From positions 682 through 64,681 of the forward strand of contig CAJUEV010000008.1 in assembly GCA_910585785.1 (NCBI GenBank): a DNA stretch of 64,000 bases, written 5' to 3'. The stretch comes from an uncultured Christensenella sp. GTDB taxonomy: Bacteria > Bacillota > Clostridia > Christensenellales > Borkfalkiaceae. The position numbers and the translations under genes were made by a program. The notes under the pieces are model-generated. The model did not search any database. It had not been told where the DNA came from and was given only the letters and a program-made list of their open reading frames with translations. Below are positions 33,868-43,238 of this stretch, one piece after another (within the stretch, counting starts at the first letter, position 1; every line of letters begins with the position of its first letter).

Positions 33868-35541
33868 TTACGAATAAGATTTTATTGTTTTTGCAACGTT
33901 TATATAGTGGTCGGCTACACGCTCGGCATTTGAAGAAAGGGACAAATACTGCGTGCCCACCTCCGGCGTGCATAAACCGCCGCTTACGCGCTGAATGTGG
34001 TTTTCCGTCATCAGGTTTGTAAGTTCGTCCACCTTTTCCTCTATCGCGTACGCCTCTTTAAGCGCCTTCTTGTCCGTATCGGTATATGCTTTTACCGTTT
34101 TTTCAAACAGCGCAGCAATCAGGTTTTTAAGTTGAGTAATTTCCTCCACGGCTTCGGCGGAAAATTTTTCGTTGGCGTCCCTAAGTTTATCGGCGTACTC
34201 CACTATGTTTTCGGCATAGTCGCCCACGCGCTCCAAATCGGTAATGGTGCGAAACGCCGTCGAAAGGTAAAGTCTGTCCTTTTCGTCCAAATCCGCCTTC
34301 ATAAGAGCGGCTATAAACTTTGCCAATTCTTTATTTAAATAGTCAAGTTTTGTTTCGTTTGCGCGGAACTCCGCCTCCTTAGCGTAGTCCAGAGTGCACG
34401 CAATGCCACAGGCAATTTCAAAATTTTGCATAGCCGTGTGCGCCATACCCAAAATTTCTCTTTTGGTTTGCTGCACAGCCACGGGCGGAGTTTTAAGCAT
34501 ATGTTCTTCCACAAAGTCGAAGTGCGGTCCGGCGCCCTCCTTTGCGGAAGTCTTTTTGTCGGGAACGATTTTAGTAACAAATTTAACAAGCAGCCCCGTA
34601 AGCGGCAACACTATGATAACTGTTATAAGGTTGAACACCGTATGGAACATAGAAAGCTGCAACTGCGGCGCGTGTGGAAACATTTTTGAAAAGATAAATC
34701 CGTAATCCACCCCGCCTAACTGCATAAACAGCCCTATAAGCATAAACACCGCCACGCCGCTTACGTTGAAAATAAGATGGATAAGCGCAGTGCGTTTTGC
34801 GTTTTTGGTGCTTGTAAGCCCTGCAATCATCGCCGTTATGCACGTGCCTATGTTGGAACCCATAGTTATATAAATTCCCTGATTTAACGAGATTAGCCCC
34901 GTAACTACCATAGTTATAGCCATTGACGTCATTACCGACGAACTTTGCACAACCGCCGTAAAAATTGCGCCAATTAAAACAAGCAAAAACGGATTTGAAA
35001 ACTTTGCTAAAAAATTTTCAACCGAATCAAGTTCGGAAAAGTATTTCATAGCGCCGCTCATCATCGAAAGCCCTGCAAACAGCATTCCGAAGCCCGCCAA
35101 AATTCCGCCGACCTTGCGCACCTTGTCCTTTTTGGCAAACGCCAGAATAAACGCGCCGATACCCGCGAACGACGCGAATATTACCGACGAGGATACCGAA
35201 TTTTCGCCGAACATACCCAAGGCGACAAGCTGACCCGTTATGGTCGTGCCTATGTTCGCGCCGAAAATTACCGTTGACGCCTGCGCCAAAGTCATAATTC
35301 CCGCGTTTACAAAGCCGATAACCATAACCGTAGTTGCGCTTGAACTTTGTATGGCGGCAGTCGCCGCCGCGCCCACGCCCACGCCAACAAGTTTGCTTTT
35401 TGACGTCTTTGCAAAAAGCGCCTTCAACTTTCCGCTGCCCAACGCTTCAAGGTTGGCGCTCATCATACTGCAAGCAATTAAAAATATTCCCACGCCCGCA
35501 ACCAGCGAAAGTACCGAAGTAGCAATTTGTACTCCGTCCAT
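33868..35541 (-). CDS. Na/Pi-cotransporter family protein with C-terminal PhoU-like domains
   Basis: AIQSSSATTVMVIGFVNAG...FGANIGTTITG, repeated as VVQSSSVMTSM...GSNIGTCITA. C-terminal LERVGDYAENI / AERVADHYINV PhoU repeats. Confidence 0.85.
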   Translation of the reverse strand: MDGVQIATSVLSLVAGVGIFLIACSMMSANLEALGSGKLKALFAKTSKSKLVGVGVGAAATAAIQSSSATTVMVIGFVNAGIMTLAQASTVIFGANIGTTITGQLVALGMFGENSVSSSVIFASFAGIGAFILAFAKKDKVRKVGGILAGFGMLFAGLSMMSGAMKYFSELDSVENFLAKFSNPFLLVLIGAIFTAVVQSSSVMTSMAITMVVTGLISLNQGIYITMGSNIGTCITAMIAGLTSTKNAKRTALIHLIFNVSGVAVFMLIGLFMQLGGVDYGFIFSKMFPHAPQLQLSMFHTVFNLITVIIVLPLTGLLVKFVTKIVPDKKTSAKEGAGPHFDFVEEHMLKTPPVAVQQTKREILGMAHTAMQNFEIACGIACTLDYAKEAEFRANETKLDYLNKELAKFIAALMKADLDEKDRLYLSTAFRTITDLERVGDYAENIVEYADKLRDANEKFSAEAVEEITQLKNLIAALFEKTVKAYTDTDKKALKEAYAIEEKVDELTNLMTENHIQRVSGGLCTPEVGTQYLSLSSNAERVADHYINVAKTIKSYS

Positions 35542-35629
35542 AATATTGTTTTCTCCTTTAAGTTTTAACTTATATTAAAAACGCAAACAAAGTTTTACGG
35601 CTTATTTATTGACGTAAACGCCCCGTTAT

Positions 35630-35770
35630 AAAATAAAAAGACTCCCACCGAACAAAAAATAAAAAATTCGGTAAAAGTCTCGAAATTTAAGCGTTACCGG
35701 ACGCCTTTCGGCGACGTACTGACGGTTAGCGCACGTTTATTTAAACGCTTTCTACTCCCCTTTAACAAGG
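35630..35770 (-). promoter_or_regulatory. yybP-ykoY-type (Mn2+) riboswitch with terminator expression platform
   Basis: Minus strand reads UUAAAGGGGAGUAG (GGGGAGTAG = 35752-35760), then CGUCAGUACGU-CGCC-GAAA-GGCG-UCCGG, then UUCGAGACUUUUACC. The terminator is GACUUUUACCGAA (35667-35679) paired with UUCGGUGGGAGUC (35640-35652), plus a U-run. Its 5' arm overlaps the P1 3' strand. Confidence 0.7.
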
Positions 35771-35790
35771 CGTATTCACTTTGTAATTAA

Positions 35791-35820
35791 AGTATACAGT
35801 ACGCAAAGTCCGCTTGTCAA
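35791..35820 (-). promoter_or_regulatory. Promoter driving the riboswitch/Na-Pi transporter transcript
   Basis: Minus strand reads TTGACA (35815-35820), 18-bp spacer ending in TG, TATACT (35791-35796). Confidence 0.65.
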
Positions 35821-35979
35821 CGAAACGTAATAAAAAAATTTTTAAAATTTCTTACTAATTTACGCGGCTGCCGGATATGCGTCAAGGCAAATTTTTACAG
35901 TAATATTCGCAGCAAGCGCAGCCCATACTATTATCAGACGGTAAGAGTTTACACCCTTGCCCTTTTACAAGGAGAAAAA

Positions 35980-36171
35980 GTGGAAAAATTTATTTTCGGC
36001 CTTGCCGTAGGTATGGCGGGCGGCGCGCTTATCGTTGCCAACAACTGCAAACTTTTGAAGCTGGTAAGAAAAAATCAGGAAGAATTTATGAAGAAAGCGG
36101 AGCAGTATGTTGACGAAAAGCTTGACGCGCTTGAAAAAGCGGGCGAAAAAGCCCTATCCAAATCCGAGTAA
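35980..36171 (+). CDS. Small YtxH-like membrane-anchored protein (63 aa)
   Basis: GTG start after AAGGAG. N-terminal hydrophobic helix followed by a charged coiled region. Terminator hairpin AATATTGCCGCGG/CCGCGGCAATATT follows. Confidence 0.6.
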   Translation: MEKFIFGLAVGMAGGALIVANNCKLLKLVRKNQEEFMKKAEQYVDEKLDALEKAGEKALSKSE

Positions 36172-36260
36172 TTTCGGGGAAATATTGCCGCGGTTTTCCG
36201 CGGCAATATTACTTTTGAAAAACGCTTGTAATAGACTGCGGTTTATGATATAATCCGCTT

Positions 36261-36686
36261 ATGGAAAGATACGTCGCTTTTGACATAGGCGATAAAAGAA
36301 TAGGCGTCGCCATATCCGACCCTTTCAACACGTACGCGCTGCCCTCGCAGACGTACTTCCGCAAGGGATTTGAAGCGGACGTTGCCGCGCTTGCCGAAAT
36401 TGCCAAGCAAAAGGGCGCGACAGCCATCATCTGCGGTTTGCCCGTAAATTTTGACGGTTCCGCCGCTATTCAGACGGAAAAGACGCAACGGTTTATAGAG
36501 GCGCTTAAAACGCATACGAATATACCCGTAATTTGCGAGGACGAAAGATTTACGACAAAGATGGCGCACGAAACGCTTATAAGCGAAGGTATGCGGCGGG
36601 AAAAGCGCAAAAATTATGTGGACGCCCTTGCCGCGGCAAACATTCTTGACGGATATCTTGCAAAAATCAACAAAAAAGGAGTTTGA
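36261..36686 (+). CDS. ruvX: Holliday-junction resolvase-like RuvX (YqgF)
   Basis: MERYVAFDIGDKRIGVAISDP N-terminus and DERFTT motif. Confidence 0.9.
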   Translation: MERYVAFDIGDKRIGVAISDPFNTYALPSQTYFRKGFEADVAALAEIAKQKGATAIICGLPVNFDGSAAIQTEKTQRFIEALKTHTNIPVICEDERFTTKMAHETLISEGMRREKRKNYVDALAAANILDGYLAKINKKGV

Positions 36687-36687
36687 A

Positions 36688-37008
36688 ATGAGCGATAAAG
36701 AGAGGTTGGAAGAAATATACGACGAGGACGAAAATGAAATAATAGAACTTATCGACGACGACGGCAACCAGCTTAAATTTAAGATTTTGGACGTTTTAAA
36801 ATACAAGGGCGAAAAATACGCGTTTTTGATTGCGGCGGAGCCCGACGGCGAATTCACCGAAAACGACGTTGTAATATTCCGTCTTAACGAAACGGAAGAA
36901 ATTTTGGAGCCTATCGAGGACGAAAAACTTTTGGACGAAGTTTTTGAATATTTTGTGAACGAGCCCGACGACGAAGAAGACGAAGAAATTTCGGACCAAT
37001 TGAACTGA
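36688..37008 (+). CDS. DUF1292 family protein (YrzB-like)
   Basis: Acidic protein with ...IELIDDDGNQLKFKILDVLKYKGEKYAFLI... Conserved position immediately after ruvX. Confidence 0.8.
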   Translation: MSDKERLEEIYDEDENEIIELIDDDGNQLKFKILDVLKYKGEKYAFLIAAEPDGEFTENDVVIFRLNETEEILEPIEDEKLLDEVFEYFVNEPDDEEDEEISDQLN

Positions 37009-37088
37009 AATTAACCCCGACAGCTTTAACGCTGTCGGGGTTTTAAACCAACTTAGATTTTTACAGGCTGTTTTTTTGCAGTATCGCA

Positions 37089-37862
37089 CTATTTACAGTA
37101 AATTTTCGAAATTATAAAATTTAAAAAACGAACGGACAAAAATCTGGAAAGAAAAACTTCCGCCTTGGACAAAAATCCTACGCTTACCCTCAGCGGAGGA
37201 TTTTTTCTTTTTGCAACCTTAAAAATTACCTTTGCAACCGCTTCGGGACTCTTGCCCCTGCGCTCGTCCCGCGCCATTTTTTCAACAGATTTTTTTGCGC
37301 GTTCGTTTTGCCCTTCGCATACGCGCGCCTGCGTAAAGCCCGTTTGCGTATCGCCAGGCAAAACCGCGCACACCTTTATTTTGTAAGGCTTCAACTCGTT
37401 TGCAATCGCCCTTGAAAAAACCTCCATCCCCGCCTTGGTAGCGGAATACGCCGCCTGATAAGGCAAGGGCATAATTCCGCCCACGGACGAAACGTTTATA
37501 ATTTTTCCGCCGTTGCCCCGCATATATGGCGCGACTTCGGAACAAAGTACGCAAGCCGCGGTAAGATTAACGTCTATAATTTCCTTCAACTTTTCGGCGG
37601 AGGCTTCCTCGATTGCGCCCGCAATACCCATACCCGCGTTGTTTACAAGCACGTCTATGCCGCCTTCGCGGTTGTAAATTTCTTTAAGCACGTCCCTAAT
37701 TGCGGCAAAATCTTTTACGTCGGCGGAAAAACATTCAAAATCGCCGCCCGCATATTGCCTTCTTGCAACGCCGTAAACTTTATACCCGTTTGCGACAAAC
37801 AGTTTTGCCGTCGCCAAGCCTATTCCGCTTGTGGCGCCGGTTATAATCGCAACTTTACTCAT
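37089..37862 (-). CDS. SDR-family short-chain oxidoreductase
   Basis: TGATSGIG cofactor motif, NNAG, and YSATKAG catalytic motif. Confidence 0.9.
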   Translation of the reverse strand: MSKVAIITGATSGIGLATAKLFVANGYKVYGVARRQYAGGDFECFSADVKDFAAIRDVLKEIYNREGGIDVLVNNAGMGIAGAIEEASAEKLKEIIDVNLTAACVLCSEVAPYMRGNGGKIINVSSVGGIMPLPYQAAYSATKAGMEVFSRAIANELKPYKIKVCAVLPGDTQTGFTQARVCEGQNERAKKSVEKMARDERRGKSPEAVAKVIFKVAKRKNPPLRVSVGFLSKAEVFLSRFLSVRFLNFIISKIYCK

Positions 37863-38042
37863 TTTTTTAAATTACCCCCGCAATATAGCGCGTTTAAACG
37901 CGTTTTTATTAGGTTTAACGCAAATTATTATATATTTTAAGGGCATTGTTGTCAACAAACAAAGCGGCGCAAACTTCAAAATAAAGAAGTTTGCGCCGCT
38001 TTTCAAACGCTTTTATATTTTGCCAAAATTTTACCTGCGCGG

Positions 38043-38645
38043 TCAATTTTGCATATTTTTTATTTGCAATCGCAACAGCGCGTTTTCGTCCGTAAGCCGC
38101 TTCAACAACGTTGTAAGCCGCTTGTTTTCTTCCTTCAAGGAGGAAGCAAGCCTGTCGTAAAGCCCGTTTATTTCCGCCTCTATGCGGGCGCGCGCCTCGT
38201 CCGAGCCGCACTTCAAACCGCATTCGCGCATAAGCCTTTCTATTCTTTCGGGCTGCTTTGTAACAACGTTGCGGTATTTGTTCTGGTAACGAAGCATAAG
38301 CCTGTCGTCGCCCTTTGCAAGCGTTAAAACCGCCTTGCGCACCGATATCCCCTTGCTTTTTTGTATAAGGATTTCCTTCAAAATTTTGTCCGTTTCCAAT
38401 TCGGAAAAAGGTATTATTTTTTCGGCTTTAAGTTCGGTGCCCTGCAACATTGCGCGGACGCGTTCGTCGCCCGTACTGCGCAGCAGCGCGTAATAATAGT
38501 TTCTTACACTGCCCTTCGCCCTGCCCGTTTTTTTTGCGTAAGAGGCAAACAGCCCCGAAAGAGTTTTACCTTCCTTTTTTCCGTCGCATACGTATTGTAC
38601 AAGTTTTTTTGCTTCTTCTTCCGTGTAGCCGTTTATTTTGTTCAT
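38043..38645 (-). CDS. Hypothetical 200-aa protein (possible Myb/SANT-like N-terminal repeats, coiled-coil C-terminus)
   Basis: Open frame with RBS GGAGG. YTEEEAKKLVQYV...SVRNYYYALL is loosely SANT/RsfA-like. Confidence 0.55.
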   Translation of the reverse strand: MNKINGYTEEEAKKLVQYVCDGKKEGKTLSGLFASYAKKTGRAKGSVRNYYYALLRSTGDERVRAMLQGTELKAEKIIPFSELETDKILKEILIQKSKGISVRKAVLTLAKGDDRLMLRYQNKYRNVVTKQPERIERLMRECGLKCGSDEARARIEAEINGLYDRLASSLKEENKRLTTLLKRLTDENALLRLQIKNMQN

Positions 38646-38784
38646 TTTACGTCCTCCGGCTTATTTTTTGACATAATTTTGAAAGTTAATACATTATTTA
38701 ATAAAAAGAAATATAAAACCGTTTTTTACAAACGCGCAAGCCTTATTTTTAATTTGCGAAAACGGGTTGAACAGGAGTTTTTTT

Positions 38785-39711
38785 ATGAGAGTTTATTTTT
38801 TGTCGTACAAGCCCGCCATTTTAAAACTTAACGGGCTGTACGTGGGCGGCATAGACCTATTTGAAAGGCACATTGAAATTGACCTTGCCGACAGCGTGCT
38901 TGCTGAAATTGTCCCCGGCGAAAATTTGCAGCCCGTCAATTTTTTTATAAACGAAAAACTGCTTTTTTCCCCTCCCGAGTTTATGGACGTTTACCTTATG
39001 GAAAACGAAACGCTTATTTACATACGCGAGTACGGCTGCAAGGACGCGCGCCTTTCCGTAATAATGCAGCAGCGCTTTTGCGGAAATTTGGTAACTGTAT
39101 TTTCGCAAAACGGCTGCTACCTGTCCGTAGACGGTTCCGACTGCTCGCTTATACCTTTGCCCGCAAAATTTTGCAATCCGAAAGCGGAAGAAAAAATGCT
39201 GTGCGGCTATCCCGTTTTGGCTATTTGGGGCGGGAATATGCTTTGTTTGCTTTCAAATTCTGGCAAGCGCGTATTTATGAACGAGGTCGAAAGTGCGGAC
39301 TTTGGCGACAGGCTGAAAATTACCGCCGCTTTTGAAACCTGCACCGCGGCAAAAGCCGAGTGCGAGTACGATTACGACGGCGAAAAACTTATACTTGTTT
39401 CAAGCAGGACTATTGAAACAAGTACGCCGCAGAAAAACATTTTGCACTTCGCCTTTTTTGAAAGCGTGCTGACGTACGGAAATTACGCAAATTATCTTGA
39501 CGAGGAATTGAAGGCGAAAGCGCACGTTTTGAAAGATTATTTGGGCGAGTTTATAGGCGTAACCGTGCCCACGGAAAAGTTTTTTGCCGAGCACGGCGAC
39601 GTGCGCGCGGCGGGGCTTGTATATCCCAAAGCGCAAAACCTGTTTGAAGTAAAATATTATGCGGTTGAATTGACGGGCGATAAAATAAGCAACGTTTTCC
39701 CCGTGGAATAA
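38785..39711 (+). CDS. Hypothetical 308-aa protein
   Basis: GGAG lies 7 nt before ATG 38785. No motif recognised. Confidence 0.6.
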   Translation: MRVYFLSYKPAILKLNGLYVGGIDLFERHIEIDLADSVLAEIVPGENLQPVNFFINEKLLFSPPEFMDVYLMENETLIYIREYGCKDARLSVIMQQRFCGNLVTVFSQNGCYLSVDGSDCSLIPLPAKFCNPKAEEKMLCGYPVLAIWGGNMLCLLSNSGKRVFMNEVESADFGDRLKITAAFETCTAAKAECEYDYDGEKLILVSSRTIETSTPQKNILHFAFFESVLTYGNYANYLDEELKAKAHVLKDYLGEFIGVTVPTEKFFAEHGDVRAAGLVYPKAQNLFEVKYYAVELTGDKISNVFPVE

Positions 39712-39825
39712 CTTTGCAAAATACGCAAACGTACAACGCGCAAAAACAGCCGAAGGCTTTGTCGCCTTCGGCTGTTTATATTTTAAAAAGTTTTAAATTT
39801 CCATATTTTTATGGGCGCGGTTTTA

Positions 39826-41820
39826 TCAGCGCGAGCGCGAACCGCCGCCTCCGCCGCCTCCGCCGAACGAGCCGCCGTGACCTCCGCCTCCGCCGCCTCC
39901 GCCCGAAGAACGGGGCGCGCCTAAAACACTGCTGTACACGATGCACCTTGTTACAAAGCGAACGTCAATATCGTCCTGCAAAACTTTGGGCATATTTATT
40001 GACTTTAACGCAGCGAAACGTTTTTGTACTTTATCGCTTATACCCATAATAAGGCACCAGGGCAAAATCTCGGAAAAGTAGTCGGGATTTTCGTCAAACA
40101 TAAGCTGTATTCTGGGCAGTTCCGCTTTAAGCAAAAAGTCTTTAAATCCCTCCATTTTGCCGTAAAGCGCGTTCGCTTCTTCCGTTCTTCTGCCCATAAA
40201 AAACGGCAGTAAAAACTCGCAAACAGCCCATATTACGGGGGCAAAATACATTATGTAACCGTAATCATATGCTTCCATTGCCATCAAAAGGACAAACATT
40301 CCGTACGGCATCGCAAAAAACATTATCGGGAAAATTAGTATAATCGCGCTTGAAAGCGAGGGGCTGGTATTGAAAAAAGTTGTGCCTGCCAGCGTTCCCG
40401 CAATTATAAAAATCAGGAAAAACAACGGTAAAAACGCCCCGCTTATTATGCAGTTGTACACTATAAGCCCCGCGACGGGCACCGTACCGAGCACCGCTAC
40501 GATTTTGCGCGCTTTGCTTACCGGCTGCAACACCTTCTTTTTATTGGCGGAATTTACAAGCGCTTCGTTTGCCTTATACAACGCGCGCTTCCGCGAATCG
40601 CTCGCCTTTTTGAAGGATTTTGTAGAGAATGCTTTACCGTTTGAAAACAATACGTCGAAATACCTTTTCTCATCAGCGCTGTCAAAATACTTTTTATCGC
40701 GTTTTTCAACGGGCTGCTCGTTCAATTCCTCAAAGACTTCTTGCGAATTTTCATCCTCTTTCGGATTGTTCAACCGCAAAATCAGGTTTGACTTGCCGTC
40801 TTTTTCAATTGTAATAAGACCGGCGTCCGCCCACTTCAACACAAGCGCAGCCACGTCCTTCGAGCGCGCAACCTTGTGCCATATGGCGGAAAAGCGCATA
40901 ACCGAAACCCCTTCGGGCGGGTAAAACTCCACCGTTTTGACGGGCTTTACGGGCAAATGCTTTACCGTCAAAATTATTGCGCCGCCAAGCGCGACAAACC
41001 CCAGCACGAAAAATACCCAATAATACCAATAAATCGTTACGGAGCCCTGAAAAAAGCCCTTCGGCAAAATTACCTGTAAGGTAAGTCCCGTGTTAAGTCC
41101 TGTTATTGCAATTTGTATAACGTTGCCTTCCACCGAAAATTCTCCGCCGTCTTCTGACGGATGCACAACCGAGGACAATTTAAGCGACGTGCGGGCGCTG
41201 ACGTTATCTTTGTTTAAATTTGTACCTTCCGGAAAGGTTACCTTTGCGGAAAACTGCTTTGCGGCGTGCATTTCGTAACCGAAAATATCAAACGTCAAAT
41301 CGTCGAACGCGGAAACGCGGTCGTCACCCATATCATACTTATATGACAATTCGAAGGTGTACGGCTTTTGAACGTTTAAAAGCGAACCGTCCTTATGCTT
41401 CATTTCTATCGAGTAGAAGTCGGAAAGGTACATTTCATCGGTTTTGCCGATAATGTGCCAGTCGCATTCTTTGCCGTCAATCGTGGCGGAAATATCCGAA
41501 ATTTTTGCAAAATAGTTTTTGCCAGCTATTTTCTTTCCGTCGACTAAGCGCGTTGTTTTGCTTTGGCGCTGAACGTCGCGGATAAGGCTTGACTTCCCCC
41601 ACGTGCTCCAAACGGCGGTAAGCGTTTCGGTTATGCTAAGCGTTTTGTCCTCGTGCACGCGCATATCAATATGCACGTTTTCAAAAAAGAAATCCGCTGT
41701 TGAAGCGGCGGAAGCGACTTTGTTTTGACCGCCAAACCCGCCGAACGCCGCCGCAATCGCGGCAAACAAGCAGACGATAACGCCTACAACCGCCGCGCAA
41801 ACGCTTGTTTTTTTCTTCAT
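39826..41820 (-). CDS. DUF2207-family membrane protein with Gly-rich C-terminal tail
   Basis: Signal/TM N-terminus, large extracellular domain, central and C-terminal TM segments, ending GGGGGGGHGGSFGGGGGGGGS. Start at MKKKTS, after GGAG. Confidence 0.75.
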   Translation of the reverse strand: MKKKTSVCAAVVGVIVCLFAAIAAAFGGFGGQNKVASAASTADFFFENVHIDMRVHEDKTLSITETLTAVWSTWGKSSLIRDVQRQSKTTRLVDGKKIAGKNYFAKISDISATIDGKECDWHIIGKTDEMYLSDFYSIEMKHKDGSLLNVQKPYTFELSYKYDMGDDRVSAFDDLTFDIFGYEMHAAKQFSAKVTFPEGTNLNKDNVSARTSLKLSSVVHPSEDGGEFSVEGNVIQIAITGLNTGLTLQVILPKGFFQGSVTIYWYYWVFFVLGFVALGGAIILTVKHLPVKPVKTVEFYPPEGVSVMRFSAIWHKVARSKDVAALVLKWADAGLITIEKDGKSNLILRLNNPKEDENSQEVFEELNEQPVEKRDKKYFDSADEKRYFDVLFSNGKAFSTKSFKKASDSRKRALYKANEALVNSANKKKVLQPVSKARKIVAVLGTVPVAGLIVYNCIISGAFLPLFFLIFIIAGTLAGTTFFNTSPSLSSAIILIFPIMFFAMPYGMFVLLMAMEAYDYGYIMYFAPVIWAVCEFLLPFFMGRRTEEANALYGKMEGFKDFLLKAELPRIQLMFDENPDYFSEILPWCLIMGISDKVQKRFAALKSINMPKVLQDDIDVRFVTRCIVYSSVLGAPRSSGGGGGGGGHGGSFGGGGGGGGSRSR

Positions 41821-41909
41821 ATCCACAACTCCGTTAAAAATTTTTGCGTTCAAATATTAAAATTTCCGCAAAAAGCGGCGATAACCCCTTGCGGGGTTAC
41901 TTAAAAAAT

Positions 41910-42278
41910 TTATCCTTTGTAGTTTATAACGTAATTTTTCATCATTCCAAAAGTCGTTTCCGAAATAACGTGCTCCATTTCGCACGCGTCCGCGTCCGCG
42001 TCCGCCGCGTTCACCCCGTGCAAAGTAAGAAAACTGCGTATTATACAATGGCGCTCGTAAATTTTTTCGGCATACTCCGCGCCTTGCCCCGTCAAAAACA
42101 GGTGCATACCGTCGCACTCGATATACCCTTGTTCGGCAAGAATTTTAACAGCTTTCTGCACGGCGGGTTGCGAAACGCCTATTCTGCGCGCCACTTCCAC
42201 CCTGTGCACAAACTCGTTTTCCTTTGACAGAAGCAAAATACATTCAAGATAATCTTCCGCGGACTGACTTCGTTTCAT
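41910..42278 (-). CDS. DtxR/MntR-family metal-dependent transcriptional repressor (123 aa)
   Basis: MKRSQSAEDYLECILLL...VARRIGVSQPAVQKAVKIL HTH plus a metal-binding helix region. ATG lies 7 nt downstream of a perfect -10. Confidence 0.75.
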   Translation of the reverse strand: MKRSQSAEDYLECILLLSKENEFVHRVEVARRIGVSQPAVQKAVKILAEQGYIECDGMHLFLTGQGAEYAEKIYERHCIIRSFLTLHGVNAADADADACEMEHVISETTFGMMKNYVINYKG

Positions 42279-42285
42279 ATATGTA

Positions 42286-42314
42286 ATTATATAACAATAA
42301 ATATATACTGTCAA
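42286..42314 (-). promoter_or_regulatory. Perfect consensus promoter for the DtxR/MntR-like gene (implies leaderless mRNA)
   Basis: Minus strand reads TTGACA (42309-42314), 17-bp spacer, TATAAT (42286-42291), then TACATAT, then ATG (42278). Confidence 0.7.
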
Positions 42315-42336
42315 CACAATTTTTTTTGACAATTTC

Positions 42337-42365
42337 TTGACAACAAAAGGTTGCGGCAATATAAT
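42337..42365 (+). promoter_or_regulatory. Perfect consensus promoter for the DUF975 gene
   Basis: TTGACA (42337-42342), 17-bp spacer, TATAAT (42360-42365). A second TTGACA is at 42326-42331. Confidence 0.7.
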
Positions 42366-42426
42366 AATTTCAAATAATTGCGTTGCGTCGCCGTAAAAGC
42401 GCGCTTTCGCGGGAGGATTGAAAAAA

Positions 42427-43059
42427 ATGTTGGCAAAAGATTTCAGAAGGCAGGCCTGGGACAGTTTAAGCAATCAATGGGGCTCGGTAATACTTATTTA
42501 CTTTGTTTATATACTTATAACGTCCGCAGCCGGTTTAGTATCCGTTGTAGGGCTTATTATTTCCGGACCGCTTACACTTGGCTTTACGCAGATTTATATG
42601 AGCATTATTCGCAAAAACAGAAAACCGGAAGTAGGGCACTTGTTTGAAGGATTTGACAATTTTTCAAATTCGTTGATTCTTCACCTTGTAAACAACATTT
42701 TCATAGCTTTATGGTCGTTGCTGTTTATTGTCCCCGGCATAATTAAATCTTACTCTTACAGTATGAGTTATTACATACTTGCCGATAACCCCAAGATGGG
42801 CGGCAACGAAGCAAGAATAAAATCTATGCAAATGATGAAGGGCAACAAATGGCGCCTTTTCTGCCTTGATTTCAGTTTTATCGGTTGGGATTTGCTTTGC
42901 ATTCTTACCTTAGGTATACTCAGCTTCTGGGTTACGCCTTACAGGCAGGCAGCGTACGCCGCTTTCTATCAAAACCTTTTGGTTGAACAGGGTTTAATAG
43001 ACGTTAACGAGCCGGTTATGCCCGAAGACTTTGTTGAATCCGCTCCCACCGACGTTTAA
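42427..43059 (+). CDS. DUF975-family integral membrane protein
   Basis: MLAKDFRRQAWDSLSNQWGSVILIYFVYILI is a typical DUF975 N-terminus. GGGAGGA lies 9 nt before the ATG. Confidence 0.75.
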   Translation: MLAKDFRRQAWDSLSNQWGSVILIYFVYILITSAAGLVSVVGLIISGPLTLGFTQIYMSIIRKNRKPEVGHLFEGFDNFSNSLILHLVNNIFIALWSLLFIVPGIIKSYSYSMSYYILADNPKMGGNEARIKSMQMMKGNKWRLFCLDFSFIGWDLLCILTLGILSFWVTPYRQAAYAAFYQNLLVEQGLIDVNEPVMPEDFVESAPTDV

Positions 43060-43238
43060 TAAACGGTTTTATAAATTAATATTGCAACCGCGCGGCAAAC
43101 TTGCCGCGCGGTAAAATTTTGTCCGCTTTGCCCGCAAAATATTTTTATAAAGTTAAAAGACTTTTACGCGGACAAATAAACGCGCCCCGCATATAAATTG
43201 CGGGGCGCGTGCTTAACGTCGTTATTTAAACTGTTTAA

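Noticed and set aside
39826-39910. GC-rich short tandem repeats (CCGCCGCCTCCGCC...) that looked like a repeat array.
   Set aside because: They are in frame and encode the Gly-rich C-terminal tail of the DUF2207 protein, a common feature of that family.
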